Below are positions 9,547 to 19,983 of a stretch of DNA of 25,039 nt, in pieces. How positions within the stretch are numbered: position 1 is the first letter of the stretch; each line of letters begins with the position of its first letter. The stretch lies in contig CP154954.1 of NCBI GenBank assembly GCA_039621445.1, positions 21,252,642 through 21,277,680 on the forward strand. Direction: 5' to 3'. A model generated the notes under the pieces. That model did not search any database, was not told where the DNA came from, and saw only the letters and a program-made list of their open reading frames with translations. A program made the translations under genes and the position numbers. The DNA is from Euglena gracilis. Lineage: Eukaryota.

Positions 9547-10060
9547 GCCCAGGGCCGGCCCGGAAGTGGTCTGTTGGACCCGGGGGGGGGGGGGGGTTGG
9601 GAGCCCAGGGCCCCACTGCCCGGACAAAAAAAACCATCCACACAAAACCCCCCAAAAACCCACAGAACAATTATGGGAAGCTGCCCCAATTTTCCCCATG
9701 TTTCCCCCCGTAATTTTTGTCTTGTGTTGCAAGCCGCCGTCAGGGGCAGTCAAATGACACACACAGAAATACGGGGTGATGTAATGCTGTCAAGTTTTGT
9801 GTTTGTTTTTGAAATGAAAGACCACAACAAAGCGACCAGGAAATCATTTTGACCGTTTGAATTCTTGAGGTTCTTTTTTGCCAAAAAAAACTTCAAACAA
9901 AAACTTAAATGTTAAATTTCCCCATTTTTTTTGCATATGGGAAATCATGAGAAATCAAAAGAATTTCCATGATTTTGATTTTTGAGCTGTTTCCATAATT
10001 TTGTCTCGCATAATTTTTGTCCTCACCCCAACCTCTTGGTCCCTGGCTGGCCCCGGCACT

Positions 10061-10126
10061 GCGGGAGCAGATTGGCGCGCTACTGGAAGTGGAGAACATG
10101 ACGGTGGGGGCGGAGCTGGGGGTCCA
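10061..10126 (+). CDS. Gene 2 exon: REQIGALLEVENMTVGAELGV(Q)
   Basis: First half of SAM-binding motif I (ExGVxxG). Confidence 0.85.
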
Positions 10127-10209
10127 GCCCAGAGCTGGGGGGTTGCTCGAGGCCGGCCGAGCATCCTTAGTTCCCTCGTGGTCCGCCCGCCGTCACAATC
10201 TGAATCAAC

Positions 10210-10520
10210 CAGGGCGGTCCACAAGGGATGGGAAGTTTTTTTTTCAAAGGATTGCCCCTTAAGGACTGCCTTAGGCCCAAGGGAGGGCCAACGGCCGGTC
10301 TGGGGATCGAATGAGGGCAAAAATCAAACGGTCGGAGAACGTATTTTTGACGTTTTGGGTGGATGGGCGATGGTCCAAGGACGCCCGAAATCACTTTGTT
10401 CCCCGAAGTCGACCCATTTTTGCCACAATACGGCCCTTTTTCCGTCCATTTTTTCCGATGAATTTTTCATTGACTGTGCTGGGACAGGCAGTGTCTTTTT
10501 TCCCGTTAAGGACCGCCCTG
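10210..10520. mobile_element. CAGGGCGGTCC-family MITE nested in a nonconventional intron
   Basis: Perfect 11-bp TIR CAGGGCGGTCC/GGACCGCCCTG; flanks GAATCAAC/GCACCAAC. Confidence 0.8.
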
Positions 10521-10693
10521 GCACCAACTCGTCGAGTTACGGCCCGCAATGTTTCGCGGAGAAAGTCATTTCCTCTCCCCCAACCTTCCCCCCCCCCCCC
10601 GCGGACGTCGGCGAGCGGGGTGAGCATCAAAGTGTTCTGCTTCTTTCCCCCAAAGACGGACGCCGTCGTCCCCCCCCCCCGGCCCTGTCTGCT

Positions 10694-10773
10694 GAGAGGC
10701 CAGTTCGCCCTCCAGACCCTCTCCCACTGGCCGTCCTGCCGGCGGTATTACCTCGTGGACCTGTGGCAGCCCC
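10694..10773 (+). CDS. Gene 2 exon: RGQFALQTLSHWPSCRRYYLVDLWQP(Q)
   Basis: Completes ELGVQRG; 'YLVDxW' acidic motif II. 5' boundary uncertain by 1-2 nt. Confidence 0.85.
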
Positions 10774-11261
10774 AGGCAGGGCTGAACGGGAACCTGGGAA
10801 GCCCTCGTGGATGGGGTGGGGGAAGGTCGCAGCACCCCCGGGGAGGATGAAGGGGCACAATTGACTCCCTTTGGCGGCCTGGCTTTGCGGGGGGGAGTGC
10901 TCCAGCCCCCCCCCCCCCCCCCCCCCCCGGTGCAGTGGCCCGAAACGGCCTGAAGCCGCCTTGGCAACCATGGGTTGCCCATGGGCAGGCACCCCATGGC
11001 CTACGGCATCCCCCTCCCCGGCGGTGGTCGGAAGCTTTGCAGGGCTCGAACCCCGACCCCCACCCTGGTGGGTCGGGAGACCAACCCCCACCAACCCTTC
11101 CCATTTTCCCCCCTTCCATTTTTTGGTCAAAGTGTTGGTTAAAGCCGAGGGCCCCTTTCCCGGGGCAGTGCCAAACCGGGTGGGGAGGGGGTATGTGTGC
11201 GGCGGACGGGAGAGCCTACGGCACACTGCAGTGGTAGGTGCGGAACACCAAGGCCAGTCTG

Positions 11262-11334
11262 ATCCGGATAGATTATTGGTTAAGGTGTTGGCCTCACAAG
11301 CAGGAGGTCGTGGGTTCGAGACCCAGGTCCCGCC
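11262..11334 (+). pseudogene. Degenerate tRNA-Val(CAC)-derived sequence (pseudo-tRNA or SINE head)
   Basis: TAG..TGGTTAA (box A-like), anticodon loop CTCACAA, AGGTC variable loop, TGGG-TTCGAGA-CCCA T arm (box B). Acceptor and anticodon stems are mismatched. Confidence 0.65.
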
Positions 11335-11449
11335 GTGTGAGTGGTCGACCCCGTACTGGCAGAGGATATACCGCGGGGATCGATCGGCGCACCTTCGGCT
11401 GTATACAGGCACCCCCCCTCACCTGGCCTCCCCATCCAGCCCCGGCGCC

Positions 11450-11521
11450 AGGACAACTACACGGAGTCCGCCAACGTCCCCCTCCCCCAACAGGAACGCT
11501 ACCTCGCCGAGGCCCGCCATC
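11450..11521 (+). CDS. Gene 2 exon: DNYTESANVPLPQQERYLAEARH
   Basis: GC3-rich, in frame, flanked by pairing introns with 7/8 and 6/8 direct repeats. Confidence 0.85.
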
Positions 11522-11660
11522 CCCCACGGCTGGGCGCCGCTGAGGGTCGTCCCCCGAGGGAAGGGGTTGGGCTTTGGTTCGGTTTGGAGGAGGCTTCGAC
11601 CCCTTCCCCCGATGGTTGGGTCCGTTTTGGGGGTGGGGGGATGACAACGCAACCCCGGCA

Positions 11661-11925
11661 CTGAGCTTTTTTTTAAGTTTTGTGACCCAAGGGGTGGGTG
11701 GGCCCCAGCTGAGACCCCCCCCCCCGGGGGTCGGGCCAAGCGGGCACCCTCCCGGAGGCGGGTTTTTCTTCTATTTTCGGCGCTTTGCGCCGAAATCATT
11801 TTTTTTTTGTGCCCAAAATTGACCCCCCAAAAGTGGGCCCCCCGAGCCCCCCCCCCCCGGGTCCTGGAGGTGAGTGGGTGGGTGGGTCCGGACCCCCCTC
11901 CCCCAGGGCCTTAAAACAACTTCTG
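11661..11925. mobile_element. MITE related to the intron 485-702 element
   Basis: Shares CTATTTTC...CCCAxAATTGACCCC..AAAAGTG...CCGGACCCC internal blocks and T-run/A-run ends; flanks CCCCGGCA/CCCCAGCG. Confidence 0.7.
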
Positions 11926-12608
11926 CCCCAGCGCGAAGGTGCTGGGGGCCCAAAAATGCCATTTTTCAGGAAACGTGCCTCGGTTGGCCCAAGCCAGGAC
12001 ACAGAACAAACCCCCTCCTGGCAGGGGTTTGGCGAGGGCACCGGACGGTACCCTGGTCCCTTGCCCTTTGCAGTGATGGGTGGTGGGCTGCCCAAACAGT
12101 GCTGCCCTTGCTGGCGCTGCAAAAGAGGCCCTGGGAACCCCTTTCAGCCGCCATCAATCGCTTGAGGAGGGCATGAGAAATCGCTTGAGAAAGGGATGTT
12201 TGCTGTCTTAACAGGTCAGGGAAACTGCTGGAGGGGGAGATGGCCCTTGACAGCTTGGCCAAGTGCCAGGGGGTGGGGAAGCACTTATGTTTTGCTTGAG
12301 TTTTGCAAACCTTATCGGGCACATTCAAAATGAACGGATAAAATAATTTAGGGAACCAAGGGTTTTGATTCAGCGGGAAAAAATTTAAACCACTTCCGTG
12401 GAACAACCCTCCGCACCAACATGCCTGGCTCAGGCAGCACCAGGAAGTGCACCTGCTGACTGCGTGCCAGCGCGTCAAAAAAAGTGGGGGTTTCAAATAT
12501 TGGGGCATGGAAGGCTCTTTGCCGACACAGTGCCCTGTCCTTGGAAGCTTGGAAGCTCTTCTGGCATCCCGGCAGTGCCGGGGGTTGGAACGGCTCAGCC
12601 GTGCCACC

Positions 12609-12682
12609 GCCTGGCACCGTTCAACGCCTCCGTGGTCTACCTCCGGATGTTCACCACGGAGGCGGCCAAACGGATCCCCGAC
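12609..12682 (+). CDS. Gene 2 exon: (R)LAPFNASVVYLRMFTTEAAKRIPD
   Basis: Family-typical 'RxxSxEAAxxIPD'. In frame. Confidence 0.9.
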
Positions 12683-12853
12683 GCCATGGCCGGCGCTCGC
12701 TCATTTTTCTTTCCGGGCGTGGTGAGTTGGTGCATGTGCCCGGTGGCGTGCGTGCGTCGCAGGTTTCAAGCGTTCCCGTAATGGTCCACATGAGCTGTAT
12801 GATTTCCACAGCTTGTGAAACATAATGAAGGAGGTCCAAGGGCAGAGGGTGAG

Positions 12854-13155
12854 CAGACTTTTTTTTTAAGGAAGTACGCCGCCCCCCCCCCCCTGGGAGG
12901 GACAGGCTGGGGGGTGGGGGATTTTCGACCCCCCTCCCCCGTGGGATCGCATTTTGGGGCGGGTAGTGCTATGGCACGCCCCCCGCCCCCGGCGCCAACG
13001 GTGCCGGGGCCCGAAAATGGCCATTTTCAAGGGACAATTGGCTTGGTCAGCGGTCACTGGAGTCCAGATTAGGGGGGGGGGTTCCTGCTCTGGGCAGGCA
13101 CCGCCCAGCGCAAGGCACCCCCTCCTCCCCCCGGGGTCGGCAAACAGGCAGCCTG
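12854..13155. mobile_element. CAG...CTG element with a perfect 8-bp TSD, nested in intron 12683-13287
   Basis: AGGGTGAG (12846-12853) CAGACTTTTTTTTTAAGG ... GCAGCCTG AGGGTGAG (13156-13163). Confidence 0.8.
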
Positions 13156-13287
13156 AGGGTGAGGTTTCTGCCTCACCAAGGCCGCTCCGCAGCCTCTCTC
13201 CAGCAAACGCTGCGCACTTGCATGCGGCAGCCTCGGAGACTTGGCATGCACGCCCACCCCAGCTCTCCTCAGCACCCGCCGTGTCTC

Positions 13288-13352
13288 ATGTCCCTGGACT
13301 ATGTATACATCGACGCCCGGCACGACTACTGTGGGGTGATGGAGGACCTCCT
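13288..13352 (+). CDS. Gene 2 exon: MSLDYVYIDARHDYCGVMEDL(L)
   Basis: Hallmark Methyltransf_24 motif 'DxxYIDxxHxYxxVxxDL'. Confidence 0.92.
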
Positions 13353-14361
13353 AAGCAAGCACCTATGCCTAAAATGGCCTAAAATGGTCTAAAATGACTT
13401 TCTGACCCCCTATAGGTGGGGGTCCCTAAAATGGTCTGAAATGGCCTAAAATGGGGAAAATGCTGTTGCACAACACTTTTTTTTGTGAACAACTGAATCC
13501 ATTCCGGTAATGATTTTTGGTGTCTTTTGTTAATGTGGACGGCGAATGCTAATGTGGACGGTGAACAGTGCATTTGGTTGAAGAGCACAGCCCACAAAGC
13601 CCATTTTTCTGATCCCAATTAATATTAGTATCAGTCCCCAAATCCACGGCCCTCAAACTTCTTTTGGCGCTGAATTTTGAAGGTTTGGGCAGCTGTATTT
13701 TGTGAAGATTTTCAGAGAGCTTCCCATTTCGGCAATTTTCAACAACCATTTGGCACACAGTATCGAAGAGTTTTGCATACAACAACCAACCCAAAATGGC
13801 TAAAATTTTCCTAAAATATGGCGAATACAGCAAAATCGGACGAAAAAATACGAAAACAGGAGAAAGGGTCGAAAACATATGTCATTGCTGCGATCGTGGA
13901 CTAATCGTGGATGGGGAATAGACAAAAAAAAACAGAATCAAGGAAGCGGTAAATATTCCATTCTGCTTCAAACGCCATGTTTGACAGAAATGTAACACAA
14001 AAATAGAATAACTAACGTGATTTTAAGGAATTCAACATTCCTGAAGTAACACCAAATTGAAACGAAAGGAACAGCATTGCGCCTTGCTTTCTTCTTCCAG
14101 GAGAAACAAGAGGACAGTGCAGGAAAACAGAACGAAGACAAGCTTAGAACAACAAACGAAGCGATCAAATTGGATTTCACCGAGCAACAGCATCATCTTT
14201 AAAAAAACACTTCTTTTTGCGAAATCCCGCAAAAATGGTGTTGATTTCACAAAATACAAAAAGCCGGGCGCTGTTTTGGTAGCGCAAATAAAAACTTTTA
14301 ATATTTTCCCAACATTTTTTTTTTTTTTTTTTGAGTTTTTATTTTTTTTTTTTTTTTTTTT

Positions 14362-14413
<52 letters not shown>

Positions 14414-14769
14414 CCCCTTTTTTTTTTCATTTTTTTTTTTTTTTTTTTTGTTTCCGAAAAATATTTTCACTGCTGTAAATTTGAACTGTTCAGAATTCCT
14501 GTATGGGTATGAATTAAGATTTGTTGAGCTTCCCATGGTTTTGATCCAGTGTTCATGAATTTTGCACGCTTTTTTGGCTGTACGTTTATTATCACTGAAT
14601 AAGAGAAGGTTTGCAAACGTTATGATACAGTTTTTGGGAGAAAAATGCTGCAAAATTATGGTTTTCAGAACCCCCACCTGTGCCTTAAAATGGCCTAAAA
14701 TGGCCTGAAATGGCCTGAAATGGCCTAAAATGGGGAAATTTTTGGGCTTGACTATAGGTGCTTGCTTCT
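13353..14769 (+). other. Nonconventional intron with a perfect 14-bp terminal inverted repeat and subterminal GCCTAAAATG arrays
   Basis: AAGCAAGCACCTAT (13353-13366) / ATAGGTGCTTGCTT (14754-14767); flanks CTCCTAAG / CTTCTGAG. Confidence 0.88.
14314..14449. repeat. Poly(T) tract, ~135 nt
   Basis: Direct reading; exact length may be unreliable. Confidence 0.9.
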
Positions 14770-14858
14770 GAGCTACTGGCCCAAGGTGCGGGTGGGGGGT
14801 ATCTTCGCGGGGCATGACTTCTACTTTGCTGACCACTTCCTCTTGGGGAGAGATGACT
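14770..14858 (+). CDS. Gene 2 exon: SYWPKVRVGGIFAGHDFYFADHFLLGRDD(W)
   Basis: Hallmark 'WPKxxxGGxxxGHD'. Confidence 0.92.
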
Positions 14859-15120
14859 GGCGGGGCGATCTTTTCGGTGCTGTTTTCCACGTGCAACCTT
14901 TTCCTCGATTTTTTTCAAGTCATTTGTTGCATCTGGTCTTGTGCCTCTAAAAGCGAATTTCCTTTTATTTACACTTTCAAGAACCAGAGAGGAGAATTTT
15001 GGTTGGTTTGTTGCCAGATGACAGTAAAAGGTATTTCTTGGCAGTCCTGGAAAATGAGGCTCATTGCCCTGGCAACCCAACAATCCCATCCCGATGTCCA
15101 TGAAAAAGCTGCACAGCTGT

Positions 15121-15316
15121 GGTTAGGGTTCGGGTTAAACCCTAACCCTAACCCTACCTTGGTCCCTCGAAAGTGCCACTTTTCGGCGTGCCGATCCGAA
15201 CCCTAACCCCATCCCTCCAATTAAACGCGGAATCTCCGCATCCACCCATTTCTGGATCCGGCGCAATTCTGGGGCACCGCGGGACCGAAACAGGGGGAGC
15301 GTCGGACGCGGGGGTG
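15121..15316. mobile_element. Partial copy of the 3703/4217 MITE family with telomere-like repeats
   Basis: Colinear similarity to ~4510-4670 (GTGCCAxTTTTCGGCG...AACCCTAACCC...ACCGAAAC...GTCGGACG). Confidence 0.7.
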
Positions 15317-15601
15317 CACCTGCCCCTATGCCAACAGTCAAATATCCCCTGATCTGGCAAGTGCATGTTTTTTTTTTGCTGGTTTCTTTGTGATCCGGGT
15401 TGAATATTATTTTACAAATGTCAGATCCCACCCCCCCCCCCGGGGGGGGGCGCTTTGGCCCACGCCATGATTGACTGTAAGGCTGGGGGGCCAACCTTGG
15501 GGGCCAAGTTTGCATGTAGGGGGGGGGGCAAGTGCCTGGGGGGGGAGGTCGAGCAGGATGGAATCCATGGGGGATGGGGGTGGGGAAGGGCGCCCCCCGC
15601 C

Positions 15602-15671
15602 GGTCTCTTTGCCACAACGGGGAGCGGCACGCGGAGGCCGTGAAGGGCGCGGTGGTGGAGTTCGCCCGGGA
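15602..15671 (+). CDS. Gene 2 exon: SLCHNGERHAEAVKGAVVEFAR(D)
   Basis: 'VKxAVxEF' helix, GC3-rich. Intron 14859-15601 pairs over about 14 nt. Confidence 0.85.
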
Positions 15672-17407
15672 CTCAGGTGGCCGAAATGGCACAAACCTGG
15701 TGGCCACACCCTGCTTTGGAATGCCCAGGAGTTGCAGCCCCACGGCTGATGATGGGAAGTCCCATGGGCGGTGGGGCGGGGGGGGGGGAGGGCGGCACCG
15801 GCCCTGCCTGTTTGTCCCGGGATGGTTCAGGTCAAGCTTTCTCAACGCAGTGTTGGCGGGTGGGTGGCCCCCACGGTCGTTCCCCGCAGCACCGCCCCGT
15901 GCAGCCATTACAGTCCCGTGTTCTTCCCCGGGGTGTTCTGTGGCTGGGCGGATGGGGAGGGCTACCCTAGTTGCAGGCAGCCAGCCACCAACCCCAACCA
16001 GCCCCTTCAAAGTTCTCCGCAACCTTTTGCTCAATCCAGGAGTTCGCCAATCGGTGGCTTAATTTCGATTTGGCGTTGTTTTTATTCGAAGGTTGCCCGC
16101 TTGGCCGAGCTCAATGTTGCTGGGTCTTTGCAGAAAATTTAGCATGCAAAGGTCCAAACCTTTTCAGCAGAGGGTTGGAAGCCTGTGCCTCTAAAATGAT
16201 CCCTGTTGTAGACATCGACGGGTGGGTGGGGAACCCGCATATTTCTGTGGTCAAATCCAACCGATCTAGAAGGGAGCTGGTCAGGAACATCTGGTCAGGA
16301 TTGACTTTGGTGGCCTAATGTCATCCCAGCACCATTCTTTTAAAATAAAATAAGATTGGCTGGGGGGGGGGTGTCATCTGGGGGGGATTCACTTTTTTTG
16401 CATTTTTTTTTGATTTTGGCAAAAGCTTTTTGTCTTTTCCCTGCATTTTTTTGATTTCAGCCGTAAAACGTTTTCGAATTAGAATAATTCTGCATATTGG
16501 ACTCCGATTTTCCCTGAGACCAAGCACCTCCAGCGACAAATCTGACAAATTCTGACAATCGTGGCAAATCCCGACATATTTTTTTTGGCCTCTAGATGTG
16601 TGGGTTCGGACAAATCTTGTCAAATCCCGACAACACTCAAAATTATTTAAATTAAAAAATCTTTTTGCAAAAATAATTTTTGGACAAAAGGATGGACGAA
16701 GTTTCCCAAAAGGAATGTTTATGACTTTCCTGAATTTCTTTGCTTTTCTTTGTTTATGCTTTTTGTCTTCACGGGTTGTTCTAAAAATGAGAGCCGTTTT
16801 CTTTGGTGTTGGTTCAAAAGGAGCTTGTTGTCAGTGAGCATAAGTTTTATGTCTCAACAACGATAGGGCCACTATTTCCATCAAGAAGACGGTCAAGAAG
16901 TCAAAATGTCATTAATTTTCCTTGTTTCCCGCAGACATCATTTTGCTTGAATTTGAGATTAAAAAAAGCTTGGCATTGTCCAGCAGCTGGTTGAAATTGC
17001 TATGTAAGTGGATTTGCATTAGAGCACTGGTGTATGTGGCAATTCTCATGAGAATCGACCATTTCCAACATTAATGTTCTATTTCCCAGGCCTCCTTTTT
17101 TCCTCCGCGGTTTTATCTCTGTGCATCAGAGATGAATGTGTTGTAGATGCAAAACGTAGGCATCGTAGAAAAATATCAGTGGTCCTTGGACAATTGTGGT
17201 ATGCAATCCAAGAAATCATTGCAAGGAGGATGATTTTAGGATGCTAAGGTTTGACAATTCTTGCAATTCCTGACAAAGACAATAAAATATCATGTGTCTG
17301 AAGGTGATTTCCAGTATGCCCCCCCCTTGTCTTTTTGTCCACGACCCTCACTCATTGTGGAAGATGAACCTTTGCTGGCCCCTGGTTCAAGGCAAATGTC
17401 AGTGGTG

Positions 17408-19983
17408 CAGGGGGGGATATGAAGCGCGCATATTCTTCACATATTTTGCATATTTAGCACATGTTGGCCAAAAAGTGCATGTTGTGTATATTTAGCACAT
17501 ATTCCGAGAGTTTTCAGAATTTCTGCCACATACTTTACTCATTCCATGTCTTTTGGGGCCGTTTGAATTTTTCCAACCATTTTAAGCCATTTGCTTTCAT
17601 CTCAGGCGGTGCATCTCGCATTTAAGCTTTTTTTTTGGTCGATGTGCGCATTTTCGCAAACCGACCAAAAACCACTTTGATCGCCAGCGTTACAAGGGGT
17701 GAGAGCAAGGGGCAGCAGGATTGGACAAAATAAGAGCGATTTCTCATTTTTGGCACTGACTCTCCCAGGAATTATGTGTTTTTTTGCTGTTTTTTTTTAG
17801 GTTGGAATGTCACAAAAACCCCCGGACCTATCCCCCCAAAGTGAAAAAAAACACCGACAAAAACTCCAAAACCATTGTACCGCCACCCCCATTCCCTGTG
17901 TGACAGCTGCCAGCGCCAGGTGGTGCTCTGGAGGTGGGGTGCAGGTCCATCCCTTTGCTTGCTTTTTGAAGTTTTGCGACACGTTGTGGAGGTTTTTGAA
18001 GTTGGTTACGAAAGGAGTGGAAGTGCACATGCCACATGAACAATGCACTGTTCGAGAATTCTGCCACCGAGGGATGATGAAGAGGATACAGAACACAGCA
18101 GGACTGCCACCGGTTGCCCATTGAGTTCGGTGGCAAGTTGTCCATCAATGCCCCACTGATGTTTAAGGCTCCGTGGCACCAACGCAACGTCATAAATGAG
18201 GTCGGTTTGCGCAAATGCGCACATGGACGATGTGCGCATTTGCGCACATGGACGATGTGCGCATTTGCGCACGCCGACGCTTTAAAACCAACCAAGAGCC
18301 TCCAATGGCAGTGTGTTTGGAGCTGGAAAATGAATATGGCAACACTGTGATATTACCTCCCTGGTATTCATTTGGTGCTGGACCCCTCTGTTGAATGCTG
18401 CTGGTATGTTTGGGCGGTTGGTGTGCGCAAATGCGCACATCAGCCATTAAAATGGTTGCTTTTCACAACTGTGGGCACCAACCAGAACTATTTTTCATTT
18501 TGAAGCCTTGGCAACAGGGATTTCTGCCACAAGAGAAGGATCGAAACAGGAGGAGAGCAGATTGTGGGGGTGTTGTGCTCAAAGTGGTGGTGTTGCAAGG
18601 TACGTCTGAGAAGGTCAAATGAAGTGTGTCGGTATTTTTAAGTTAGTAGACACATCCATTTCAAGCCAATGTATTGTGCCTCATTTTGAGACTAAAAAGG
18701 GTGAAGGGCACTTTTAAACTCGTTTTTTTTTGGATAAAACCTGAAGATGTTGTTTATTTTGATGTTTCAGGGGCTAAGAAATGGTTTTTAACAGGCTCAA
18801 TTGCCAATGCCCAAATTTGGGCCCGCAGGCTGGTCATTCTGTTGAGTTTAAGTAAAACAGAATACCTTGCATTTAAGGATTTTCAAACTGCAGTGGTGCC
18901 ACACCCTCCAAATGATACGTGGGTTAAGTTGCAGAAAAGGTTGGCGTGCACAGATGCGCAAACCGACCAAAAAGTCTGGTTTCGCATTTGCACAAACCAA
19001 CCACTTGAACAAATTTACAAACACACCAATTGCAGCTGGCACAGATGGTCTTTTTCACAGTTGCACAAACGGCTGGTGTGCGCATTTGCGCACCATCTAT
19101 TTGCGCACACCATCTATTTGCGCATTTGCCCGCCCACCAATATCTCACATAGACAAGTTTCAGGTTATTGTTTCAGGCGTATGCCCACCCACCAAATCGT
19201 TCAGTCAATATCCTAATTTAATAAGACAGCCATTGTAGGATTCTGAACACACCTGCTGGGTGTAGTCTATATTATGTGCTGCGGTGATTCCTGCTCCTAG
19301 GCACCCTATTTGCCAAAGTCCCTGCTCCCATCTCCGCGTCCTGTGGCAACACATCACATCCTCCCTACATTTTTTTTATATTTTCGGGGTCGTATCTTGT
19401 CATTTTCATAAAAAATGTCGATGTGCGCAATTGCGCACATCGTCAAAGAAAAAAGCTTAAGTGCGAGATGCGCCGCCTAAGTTCATTTCGGAGGCATTTT
19501 CGAGCTTTTTTTTTTCCAATTTCGGGCCATTTTTTTTAACATTGAGCAACTTAAGGCCATTTTTGGGCCATTTTGGACCATTTATGGTCATTTTTGGTCA
19601 TTTTCTATCATGGTTGGCCTTTTTTTTTGAGAAAATCTGCTGCTTTGGTCATTTGAGCCATTTTCCATCGCAAAATCATTGTAATTTGCTGAAAATGGCC
19701 AAAAACGACCAAAAAGAAAATAGGCCCAAAATGGCCCGAAATGATGGGAAAATGGTCTAAAACAGCCGATTGTGCCCGTTGTGGGCTGAAATGGCCCCAG
19801 AATGGACCAAAACGGCTTGAAATGACTTGCTGGTTGGGTCATTTGAATATGTCCAAATATGTCTCGGTTCCAGGAAAATTGTATGTATATTCAGCATATT
19901 TTTCCGCATTTTTAACGCATATCCCTGCATGTTTTAGCGCATATTTGGGGGAGCTTTTTAGCGCATATTCCCCCCCCCCCCTG
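17408..19983. mobile_element. Probable TIR element (CAGGGGGGGATATG...CATATTC(n)CTG) with GCATATT subterminal repeats
   Basis: Inverted termini and GCATATT arrays at both ends. TSD not clean. Confidence 0.5.
17603..19479. mobile_element. ~1.9-kb TIR element with ~48-bp TIRs and TGCGCA palindromic repeats, nested in the previous element
   Basis: CAGGCGGTGCATCTCGCATTTAAGCTTTTT...GATGTGCGCA vs TGCGCACATC...AAAAAGCTTAAGTGCGAGATGCGCCGCCTA; TTCATCTC/TTCATTTC adjacent to the ends. Confidence 0.85.

Noticed and set aside
10127-10696. GC-AG reading of this intron
   Set aside because: It would give ELGVQGQF, deleting a residue from the ExGVxxG motif. The ELGVQRG junction is preferred, although it is one nt off the usual pairing register.
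11262-11334. Functional tRNA-Val gene
   Set aside because: The acceptor stem does not pair and the D and anticodon stems are mismatched.
14032-14558. Poly-Lys / poly-Phe ORFs; poly(T) as a retroposon tail
   Set aside because: Homopolymer artefact. No recognisable retroelement body or TSD next to the tract.
15677-15888. GT-AG intron leading to an exon at ~15889
   Set aside because: The resulting peptide is not family-like. Much stronger terminal pairing points to 20987.
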